Positions 56,267 through 64,000 of a stretch of 64,000 nt of DNA are shown here, piece after piece; within the stretch, counting starts at the first letter, position 1; each line of letters begins with the position of its first letter. The notes beneath the pieces are model-generated. The model was given only the letters and a program-made list of their open reading frames with translations, was not told the DNA's origin and did not search any database. Position numbers and translations under genes: made by a program. Source of the stretch: Alphaproteobacteria bacterium (GTDB lineage Bacteria > Pseudomonadota > Alphaproteobacteria > UBA6615); assembly GCA_965267185.1 (NCBI GenBank), contig OZ253937.1, positions 194,923 through 258,922 of the forward strand, in the 5' to 3' direction.

Positions 56267-57097
56267 ATGATGGAAGATTCCGTACAAACAATTGTCAACC
56301 AATTCATCGGGTTGGCCACGGCCTATGGGCTCGATGTTTTAGGCGCGCTCGTTGTCCTAATCGTCGGCCTGATTGGTGCCGGATGGGCGCGTCGAGCCGT
56401 ACGCCGCATGTTGCGGCGAACCGGGAAGGTCGATGAAACGCTGACGAGTTTTCTCAGCAGTCTGGTCAAATATGCGGTCATCGCGTTCACGGTTATCGCG
56501 GTTTTGCAGCAGTTCGGTGTCGAGGCGACAAGTCTTGTTGCCGTATTTGGTGCTGCCGGCCTCGCCATCGGCCTGGCTCTTCAAGGCACCCTGAGCAACG
56601 TCGCTGCCGGCGTCATGTTGCTGCTGTTCCGCCCGTTCCGCGTTGGCGATTTCATCGACGCGGGCGGTCATGCCGGCTCGGTGAAAGAGATGTCGTTGTT
56701 CACCACTGAGTTGGCGACACCGGATAACGTTCAGATCATCATTCCCAACGGGGCGATCTGGGGAACGGCGATCAAGAACTTCAGCTACAACGACACCAGG
56801 CGGGTCGATCTACTCATGGGGATCGACTATGGCGACAATATCGACACCGCTATCGCGACCATAAACCGCGTGATCGGCGAGGAATCCCGCGCGCTGTCCG
56901 ATCCTGCATCCCAGGTTGCCGTATCCGAATTGGCCGATAGTTCGGTCAATCTGGTGGTGCGCGTGTGGGTCAACGCGGGCGACTATTGGGGCGTGTACTT
57001 CGATTTGACCAAGAAGCTTAAAGAACAGCTCGAAGCCGATGGTCTCAGCATTCCGTTCCCGCAAAGTGTCGTGCACATGAACCAGGCGGCCGAGTAG
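56267..57097 (+). CDS. mscS: Small-conductance mechanosensitive channel
   Basis: GAAGLAIGLALQGTLSNVAAG, FRPFRVGD, IPNG, RRVDL, IPFPQ. Confidence 0.93.
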   Translation: MMEDSVQTIVNQFIGLATAYGLDVLGALVVLIVGLIGAGWARRAVRRMLRRTGKVDETLTSFLSSLVKYAVIAFTVIAVLQQFGVEATSLVAVFGAAGLAIGLALQGTLSNVAAGVMLLLFRPFRVGDFIDAGGHAGSVKEMSLFTTELATPDNVQIIIPNGAIWGTAIKNFSYNDTRRVDLLMGIDYGDNIDTAIATINRVIGEESRALSDPASQVAVSELADSSVNLVVRVWVNAGDYWGVYFDLTKKLKEQLEADGLSIPFPQSVVHMNQAAE

Positions 57098-57119
57098 CTG
57101 GGGCATTTGAGAGGGAGAC

Positions 57120-58133
57120 ATGCGCGCTGCCGTCGTCAAAGAACCGGGGCTCGAGAACCTGGCGGTTGTCGAGCTGCCCGATCCCGCGCCGGGACCGGGC
57201 GAAGTATTGGTGCGGCTGCGCGCTGCCACTCTCAACTACCGTGACCTACTAACCGTCGAAGGCGGTTACGGCTCCAAGCAACGGACCACCGACTTGATTC
57301 CGTTATCGGACGGGGCGGGCGAGGTCGTCTCGGTCGGCGAGGGTGTCACCCGCTGCAAGCCGGGCGACCGGGTCGTCGGTAACTTTTTTCAGGAATGGCT
57401 GGCGGGTGAGCCCGATCAACGCAATCTGTCGTCGGGGTTGGGAGGTGTGCTCGATGGCGTTGCCTCCGAGCTACGGGTCTATCCGGAATACGGCCTATGC
57501 CTCACACCGGACCATTTGACCGACGCCGAAGCGGCGGCGTTGCCGTGTGCGGGCCTGACGGCATGGAGCGCGGTGATCGATCAGGGGCGCACGACGCCCG
57601 GCGATCTCGTGCTGACCCAAGGTACCGGCGGCGTCTCGGTGTTCGCGGTGCAGTTCGCCAAACTCGCCGGGGCGGAAGTCATCGCCACGTCGTCGTCCGA
57701 CGACAAGCTGGAACGGGCGCGCGCGCTCGGCGCCGATCACGCGATCAACTACGCCGAGACGCCGGAGTGGGCACGGCCCGCGCGCGACATCAGCAATGGC
57801 CGCGGCGTCGATCTTGTGGTTGAAGTCGGCGGGGCCGGGACCCTCGAACAATCGATTAAGGCAGTGCGGCCCGGTGGTGCGATTTGCCTGATCGGCGTTC
57901 TATCGGGCGCCAACCACGAGTTCCGACTGCCGCTGGTGGTGACCCGCAAGATCCGCATGGAAGGCGTCACCTGCGGCAGTCTCGAACAGTTCGAGGCGAT
58001 GCTGCGTGCTATCGATCAGCACAAGCTGCGGCCGGCGCTGGATGAGCAGGTTTTCGCGCTGGAGGATTTACCGGCCGCCTTCGCCCATATGCGCGACGGC
58101 CGGCACTTCGGCAAGATCGTCGTGGAGATCTAG
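57120..58133 (+). CDS. NAD(P)-dependent MDR-family alcohol dehydrogenase-like protein
   Basis: LNYRDL, IPLSDGAG, LPCAGLTAW, QGTGGVS, HFGKIV. Confidence 0.9.
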   Translation: MRAAVVKEPGLENLAVVELPDPAPGPGEVLVRLRAATLNYRDLLTVEGGYGSKQRTTDLIPLSDGAGEVVSVGEGVTRCKPGDRVVGNFFQEWLAGEPDQRNLSSGLGGVLDGVASELRVYPEYGLCLTPDHLTDAEAAALPCAGLTAWSAVIDQGRTTPGDLVLTQGTGGVSVFAVQFAKLAGAEVIATSSSDDKLERARALGADHAINYAETPEWARPARDISNGRGVDLVVEVGGAGTLEQSIKAVRPGGAICLIGVLSGANHEFRLPLVVTRKIRMEGVTCGSLEQFEAMLRAIDQHKLRPALDEQVFALEDLPAAFAHMRDGRHFGKIVVEI

Positions 58134-58136
58134 GCG

Positions 58137-58874
58137 CTATCGCGCACCCGATACGTTCACCTTCGTGCCCGCCACATATGACGCCTCGTCGGACAACAGG
58201 AACAGAATCGCGTTAGCGACTTCTTCCGCTTGGCCGACGCGTTTCATCGGCAGGTTGGGGCCGACCTGCTCGACGCGTCCCGGCGGCTGGATTTCGGTGT
58301 CGATCACGCCGGGGCTCACCGAGTTGACGCGAATGCCTTCCGCAGCAACTTCCTGGGCCATTCCCCAATTGAGCGAGTCCACTGCACCTTTCGAGGCCGC
58401 GTAGGAGACGTTGATGCCCGGTCCGCCGAGATGGGACGAGGCCGACGACACGTTGACGATGGCGCCGCCCTTGCCGCCGTGGATCGTCGACATGCGCTTG
58501 ATCGCCTCGCGCGCGCAGATCAAAGTCGCAGTGATGTTGAGTTCCCACAGCGGCGTCAGGTCTTCGGCTTTCAACTCGTCGACACGGCCGTAGGGGCCGA
58601 CGATGCCGGCACTGTTGACCAAATGGGTGACCGTCCCGAGCTCGCTGTCGACGGTCTCGAACATCCGCACCACATCGGCTTCCTTCGAGACATCGGCCTG
58701 TACCGCGATTGCTTTGGCCCCGGATTTCTCACAAGCCGCGACCACCTCGTCGGCGCGTGACTTGTTGTTGACGTAGTTGACGCAGATCGCCTCGTAGCCC
58801 TGCGCGGCGGCGCCGATGCAGGTGGCGGCGCCGAGGCCTCGGCTGCCTCCGGTGACGACAAGAACTCTCGACAT
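58137..58874 (-). CDS. SDR-family oxidoreductase
   Basis: TGGSRGLG, NSAG, YAASK, IRVNSVSPG; ATG 58874 with GGGGAG RBS. Confidence 0.92.
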   Translation of the reverse strand: MSRVLVVTGGSRGLGAATCIGAAAQGYEAICVNYVNNKSRADEVVAACEKSGAKAIAVQADVSKEADVVRMFETVDSELGTVTHLVNSAGIVGPYGRVDELKAEDLTPLWELNITATLICAREAIKRMSTIHGGKGGAIVNVSSASSHLGGPGINVSYAASKGAVDSLNWGMAQEVAAEGIRVNSVSPGVIDTEIQPPGRVEQVGPNLPMKRVGQAEEVANAILFLLSDEASYVAGTKVNVSGAR

Positions 58875-59093
58875 AGCAATCTCCCCCAATCGGATTATCG
58901 TATTCGGCACGGTGATTGGCCGTTGTTGTAGACGTGCATAGCGCGTCTGCGGGGCCGCAATCAATCCCACGACTCTCTCGCGGTGCGCATTGCCCGCTTG
59001 CAAGGGGCGCATTTGCCGCCCCGCGCCGTCTTTGCGATAAACAACCCAACTTCTGGGCTAGTCCCACCAAATAATACGAAAAATGGAGCTGAT

Positions 59094-59588
59094 ATGGCCG
59101 ACGATGACCTAAAGACATTTGAAGTAGTTTTCGACTGCGACGCCCGTGCAGTCGGCAAGATGCGTTGCGAGATGGATGTGCGATTGCTCCATCCCGAAAA
59201 GCTCGAATGGGAGTTCGCCTCCGACGAATACGGCTTTCATGGCGGCGACGGCACCGCGCCGCTGCCGATCGCCTATTTCATGGCCGGCCTCACCAGCTGC
59301 CTGATGACCCAGTTCCGGGCCTTCGCCAAACGGCTGCGCGTCGACGTTCGCGACGTCAACATCCACTGCCGGTGCGAGTGGGAAGCGACCATGCGTGGCC
59401 GCGGCCCCTATGAGTCCTCGCCGCGCAGCGTCAACATGGATTTGACGGTCGATAGCGATGCGCCGTTCGACGATGTTAAGCGTGTCATCGATGCTGCCAA
59501 GAAGGGCTGTTTCATCGAGCAAATGATGAACGAAAAGATAGACATAGGTCATCGCCTTAAAGTCGGCGATGAATGGGTGGCCGTCTAG
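59094..59588 (+). CDS. OsmC/Ohr-family protein
   Basis: SDE..GGDGTAPLP, two Cys (TSCLM and KGCFI). Confidence 0.85.
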   Translation: MADDDLKTFEVVFDCDARAVGKMRCEMDVRLLHPEKLEWEFASDEYGFHGGDGTAPLPIAYFMAGLTSCLMTQFRAFAKRLRVDVRDVNIHCRCEWEATMRGRGPYESSPRSVNMDLTVDSDAPFDDVKRVIDAAKKGCFIEQMMNEKIDIGHRLKVGDEWVAV

Positions 59589-59603
59589 GCAAGGCGTGGC
59601 GCG

Positions 59604-61928
59604 GTGAGCGATATCGTCACCACCGAGGTAATGAAATTCGGCGGGGGTGGTTCGCTACCGCGCCAAGAGGATGCGCGCCTGCTTTCCGGCGGCGGCCGCT
59701 ATCTCGACGATCTGGCGTTCGAGGGGCTAACCCATGCGGTGTTCGTCCGCACGCCCCATGCCCACGCGCGGATCGTCGCTGTCGACAGCCGTGCGGCGGA
59801 AGCTGCCAGTGGCGTTCTCGCCGTCTACACCGGCAAGCAACTGGTCGAAGAGCATGGGTTGGGCGCGGTGCCGTTTCGCCAGTTCCCGCCATTACCGCAA
59901 GCGACGCTGCTGACCCCGCCGCCGCGCTATCCGCTGATGCCCGACATCGTGCGTTATGTCGGCGATAACGTGGCGATGGTGGTCGCCGAGACGGTCGAGC
60001 AAGCGCTCGACGCGGCTGAATTGATCGAGGTGGAGTACGAAATTCTCGATGCGGTCGCCGATCCCGCCGCGGCGGTCGAGCCGGGAGCGCCGCAAATCTG
60101 GCCCGAAGCGCCCAATAATGTGGTCGGCGTTTGGGCCCAGGGCGACGAGGCCGCCGTCGACGCGGCAATCGCCGGGGCGGCCCATGTCACCGAGATCGAA
60201 CTGATCAACAACCGGCTGGTGCCCAACTCGATGGAGACCCGCGGGTGCACGTGCGTCTTCGATGGCGACACCGGACGCTACGCCCTGCACATCGGTGTGC
60301 AGATGCCCCATCTGCTCAAAACCCATCTGTGCGAAGACGTGTTCCATATCCCCGAAGACCGGCTGCGGGTGATCGTACCCGACATTGGGGGCGGCTTCGG
60401 CATGAAAGTGTTCTGTTATCCCGAATATGCTTGCACGATGTTTGCCGCCGGCCAGTTGGGACGGCCGGTGCGTTGGCGCTCGCTGCGCAGCGAGGCTTTT
60501 ATCAGCGATATCCATGGCCGCGATCAGATCAACCGCGCGCAACTGGCGTTCGACGATAACGGCAAGATCGTCGCCATGAAGGTGGCGTCGTTGGGCAACA
60601 TGGGCGCCTACATTGCCTATCAGGGCGCGTTCATTCCCACCATCAGTTCGTTCCGCGTGCTGTCCAACACCTACGACGTGCCGGCGCTTTACGGCGAGTG
60701 CAAATGCGTGCTCACCAATACCGGCCCGACCGACGCCTATCGCGGAGCCGGGCGGCCCGAAGCGGTTTATTTGACCGAACGGCTGATGGACAAAGCGGCG
60801 GCGGAGATGGGGATCGATCCGGTCGAGCTGCGGCGGCGCAACCTGGTGCCGAAATCGGCGATGCCCTACACCAACGCCACCGGCATGGCGATCGATAGCG
60901 GCGACTTTCCCCGCATGATGGATGTGGCGATGGACGCCCACGACTGGAACGGGTTCGCCGCCCGTCGCGACGACGCCAAGGCGCGCGGCAAGCTCGCGGG
61001 CCGGGGGCTCGCCATGTACATCGAGCATACTGGGCGCAACGAGTTCACCGAGACGGTGGATATTGCGGTCTCCGGCGAGGGCCAGATCACGGTCTTTTCC
61101 GGCACCCAGGAAATGGGCCAAGGCCTCAAAACCTCCTACGTGCAACTCGTTGCCGAGCGCCTGCAGGTCGACCCGGCACGGATCGAGATCGTGCAGGGCG
61201 ATACCGACCGGGTGGCGACCGGTGGCGGCAGCGGCGGTTCGCGCTCGCTCTACGTTGGCGGCAGCGCGACCGTGGTGAGCACCGAAGCGGTGATCGAGGA
61301 GGGGCGGCGGCTGGCCGCCGACGCGCTTGAGGTGACGGGCGCCGATCTGGAATTCGGGGAGGGCCGCTACACGGTGGCGGGCACCGACCGGACGATCGGC
61401 CTATTCGAGCTCGCCGCGGCCCAGCCGGACGGCGTGTTCGCCATTTCGGAAACGACGACCTCGGGCGATCTCACCTGGCCCAACGGTTGTCATATTTGCG
61501 AGGTCGAGGCTGATCCTGACACCGGTCGGATTGCGCTGACCCGTTTTACCGCGGTCGATGATGTGGGTACGGTCGTCAACCACGTGATCGTCGACGGCCA
61601 GGTGCATGGCGGCGTCGCCCAGGGGATCGGCCAAGCGCTCCACGAGCGGGTCGCTTATGACCGCGACGGTCAAATCCTGTCGGGCTCATTCATAGACTAC
61701 ACCATGCCGCGCGCCGACGACGTGCCGCTCTATACCGTGGTGGCTGACGAGACCTCGCCTTGCACCACCAACATCCTTGGCGCCAAGGGGGCGGGCGAGT
61801 GTGGCTCCACCGGCGCACCGCCCGCTGTGGTCAGCGCCGTCTGCAATGCGCTGAAGGAGTTCGGCGTGGTGCACCTCGATATGCCCATCTCCGCCGAGGA
61901 CGTCTGGCGCGTTGTTAACGAGAACTGA
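59604..61928 (+). CDS. Xanthine dehydrogenase-family molybdopterin large subunit (CoxL form II-like)
   Basis: EDARLLSGGGRYLDD, GGGFGMK, AYRGAGRPE, GQVHGG, AKGAGE. Confidence 0.93.
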   Translation: MSDIVTTEVMKFGGGGSLPRQEDARLLSGGGRYLDDLAFEGLTHAVFVRTPHAHARIVAVDSRAAEAASGVLAVYTGKQLVEEHGLGAVPFRQFPPLPQATLLTPPPRYPLMPDIVRYVGDNVAMVVAETVEQALDAAELIEVEYEILDAVADPAAAVEPGAPQIWPEAPNNVVGVWAQGDEAAVDAAIAGAAHVTEIELINNRLVPNSMETRGCTCVFDGDTGRYALHIGVQMPHLLKTHLCEDVFHIPEDRLRVIVPDIGGGFGMKVFCYPEYACTMFAAGQLGRPVRWRSLRSEAFISDIHGRDQINRAQLAFDDNGKIVAMKVASLGNMGAYIAYQGAFIPTISSFRVLSNTYDVPALYGECKCVLTNTGPTDAYRGAGRPEAVYLTERLMDKAAAEMGIDPVELRRRNLVPKSAMPYTNATGMAIDSGDFPRMMDVAMDAHDWNGFAARRDDAKARGKLAGRGLAMYIEHTGRNEFTETVDIAVSGEGQITVFSGTQEMGQGLKTSYVQLVAERLQVDPARIEIVQGDTDRVATGGGSGGSRSLYVGGSATVVSTEAVIEEGRRLAADALEVTGADLEFGEGRYTVAGTDRTIGLFELAAAQPDGVFAISETTTSGDLTWPNGCHICEVEADPDTGRIALTRFTAVDDVGTVVNHVIVDGQVHGGVAQGIGQALHERVAYDRDGQILSGSFIDYTMPRADDVPLYTVVADETSPCTTNILGAKGAGECGSTGAPPAVVSAVCNALKEFGVVHLDMPISAEDVWRVVNEN

Positions 61929-61929
61929 T

Positions 61930-62712
61930 ATGCCCCGTCTCGCCGCCAACATTTCCTACCTGTTCACCGAGTTGCCGTTCCTCGACCGGTTCGCCGCCGC
62001 GGCCGACCATGGGTTCAAGGGCGTCGAAATTCTGGTCCCCTACGAGCATGCCCCGGAAGATGTGGCCGCGCGTTTGACGGCGCACAATCTCGAATGCGTG
62101 CTCATCAACACGCCCTATGGGCTCGCCGAGAAGCATACCGGTCTCGGCGCGGTGCCCGGCCGCGAAGCCGACTTCCGGGAAGGTGCCCAGCGGGCGCTCG
62201 ACTATGCGAAAGCTATCGACTGCCCACGCATCCATGCGTTGGCCGGGATGCCGGGTGACGATGGCGACCTCGCGCAATGCCGTGCGGTGTTTGTCGACAA
62301 CCTGCGCGCCATGGCAGCGCAGGCGGCGGAGGCCGGGATCACCATTCTGATCGAGCCCCTCAACACGGGCGATTTCCCTGGTTATTTCCTCACCCACCAG
62401 GATCAGGCCCACGCCATCGTCGGCGACGTGGGGCTGCCCAATGTGAAGGTGCAGATGGATTTCTACCACTGCGAGCTCGCGGAGGGTGTGAGTGCCGATG
62501 ATGTACGCCGCTGGATCGGCAACATCGGTCATTTCCAGATCGCCAGCGCGCCGGACCGGACCGAACCCGACGCCGGCGAGCTCGACTACGCCGCTCTGTT
62601 TTCCCTAATCGACGAGCTCGGGTTCGACGGCTGGGTCGGCACCGAGTATAAGCCGCGCGGCGATACCGTCGCCGGTCTCGGCTGGGCGGCACCCTACGGG
62701 ATCACCGCCTAG
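61930..62712 (+). CDS. Hydroxypyruvate isomerase family protein (Hyi/OtnI-like)
   Basis: LAANISYLFTE, IEPLN, MDFYH, HFQIASAPDRTEP, GWVGTEYKP. Confidence 0.9.
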   Translation: MPRLAANISYLFTELPFLDRFAAAADHGFKGVEILVPYEHAPEDVAARLTAHNLECVLINTPYGLAEKHTGLGAVPGREADFREGAQRALDYAKAIDCPRIHALAGMPGDDGDLAQCRAVFVDNLRAMAAQAAEAGITILIEPLNTGDFPGYFLTHQDQAHAIVGDVGLPNVKVQMDFYHCELAEGVSADDVRRWIGNIGHFQIASAPDRTEPDAGELDYAALFSLIDELGFDGWVGTEYKPRGDTVAGLGWAAPYGITA

Positions 62713-62741
62713 ACGAACTGCCGTTATAAGAACCGCGTGGA

Positions 62742-63251
62742 TTACGCGGCGTCTTCGCGGCGCGGCAGTTTCCACTCAGGACGGATGAAGTGGCAGGTGT
62801 AGCCGTGGGGAATCCGCTCCAGGTAATCCTGATGCTCGGGCTCGGCTTCCCAGAAGTCGCCCACGGGTTCCACTTCGGTCACCACCTTGCCCGGCCAAAG
62901 GCCCGAGGCGTCCACATCGGCGATCGTGTTTTCCGCCTCCTGCTTTTGCGCCTCGCTGGTGTAGTAGATCGCCGAGCGGTAGCTCGGCCCGAGATCGTTG
63001 CCTTGCCGGTTGAGCGTCGAGGGGTCGTGGATCTGGAAGAAGAATTCCAGCAGCGTGCGGTAACTTATCTGCGCCGGATCGAAAATGATCTCGATGCCTT
63101 CGGCATGGGTCCCGTGGTTGCGGTAGGTCGCATTGGCGACATCGCCGCCAGTGTAGCCGACGCGGGTGGACTCCACGCCCGGCAGTTTGCGGATCAGGTC
63201 TTGCATGCCCCAAAAGCAGCCGCCGGCAAGAACAGCACGTTCCGTCGTCAT
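62742..63251 (-). CDS. msrA: Peptide-methionine (S)-S-oxide reductase
   Basis: [30 protein letters not shown]. Confidence 0.97.
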   Translation of the reverse strand: MTTERAVLAGGCFWGMQDLIRKLPGVESTRVGYTGGDVANATYRNHGTHAEGIEIIFDPAQISYRTLLEFFFQIHDPSTLNRQGNDLGPSYRSAIYYTSEAQKQEAENTIADVDASGLWPGKVVTEVEPVGDFWEAEPEHQDYLERIPHGYTCHFIRPEWKLPRREDAA

Positions 63252-63697
63252 CGGATGTCCTCCACTTGGTCGATATAGGCGCCGTAACCTTCGCTCTCCA
63301 TATCATCGCGATGGATGAACTTCAAAGAGGCCGAGTTGATGCAATAGCGCAGACCGCCCCGGTCCGGCGGACCATCGGGAAAGACGTGCCCCAGGTGGCT
63401 GTCGCCGTGGGCCGAGCGCACCTCGGTGCGGATCATGCCATGGCTGTTGTCGCTCAATTCGTTGACGTGGGCGGGTTCGATCGGCTTGGTAAAGCTCGGC
63501 CAGCCGCAGCCTGAATCGAACTTGTCGGACGACGCGAACAACGGTTCGCCCGACACGATATCGACATAGATGCCCGGCTCGTGATTATCGAGGTATTCGC
63601 CGGTGCCGGGGCGTTCGGTGCCGCTTTGCTGCGTTACGTAGAATTGCTCGGGCGTTAGGCGCGATATGGCTTCTTCGCTTTTGCGATAGTCGGGCAC
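63248..63697 (-). CDS. msrB: Peptide-methionine (R)-S-oxide reductase
   Basis: [25 protein letters not shown]; stop overlaps the msrA start. Confidence 0.97.
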   Translation of the reverse strand: MPDYRKSEEAISRLTPEQFYVTQQSGTERPGTGEYLDNHEPGIYVDIVSGEPLFASSDKFDSGCGWPSFTKPIEPAHVNELSDNSHGMIRTEVRSAHGDSHLGHVFPDGPPDRGGLRYCINSASLKFIHRDDMESEGYGAYIDQVEDIR

Positions 63698-64000
63698 AGG
63701 CTCTCTCCCTCGGTATTTCGTCTACGCATAAATGGTCTTTCCGAGGCGATCCGTCCAGTACCCAAAAAGGCCAAGGATTCCAACGGGGTCGGCCAGCGCG
63801 GCAATATGACACGTAGCGATTGCCCGCCCGCTCGCCGATATCTGGAGCGTAAATTATGGATCGCTAAAGTAATCCGCCGCCGTAGGGGGAGGGGCGGAAG
63901 TGTATACTGGCGGTTCGAGATACGGGGCGGTAAGCATGACGCCACGAGCCGAGTTGGCGGGGATATCGTTAACGCCGACGCGTGCCCTTTGGGGTGTGTG

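Noticed and set aside
59604-61928. Aerobic CO dehydrogenase large subunit
   Set aside because: The active-site loop is AYRGAGR, not the form I AYxCSFR, and no coxM/S or accessory genes are adjacent.
63937-64000. Possible start of a plus-strand gene at the window edge (MTPRAELAG...)
   Set aside because: Only about 21 codons are visible, which is too little to support a call.

Overview
GC-rich chromosomal segment that looks alphaproteobacterial (judged from gene content and REP-type repeats). It holds about 57 CDS, mostly catabolic and redox enzymes for aromatic, heterocyclic and acyl compounds. These include a feruloyl-CoA-synthetase-like ligase with a crotonase and SDR, a luciferase-like monooxygenase, an amidohydrolase-2 decarboxylase, a hydantoinase A/B pair, a pyrogallol-transhydroxylase-like Mo enzyme with an IclR regulator, a LigE-like GST, an acyl-CoA ligase/Liv-type ABC operon, an orphan CoxL-like subunit and msrBA. 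I saw no rRNA, tRNA, CRISPR array, integrase or transposase. Most notable: (1) a single-gene adenylation-carrier-LpxL-type acyltransferase fusion (20004-22784) that mirrors the three-protein Vibrio AlmEFG logic; (2) a transhydroxylase-like Mo enzyme whose small subunit has lost the ligands of its middle Fe-S cluster; (3) a lower-GC three-gene islet (membrane protein, HNH-like nuclease, Cys-His-Asp protein); (4) several REP-like palindrome families, including nested elements with compensatory base changes; (5) a rimK cassette led by an unknown 101-aa gene under an AT-rich repeated site. All family calls come from motif recognition by eye and from memory, not from database searches. GC statements are visual impressions.
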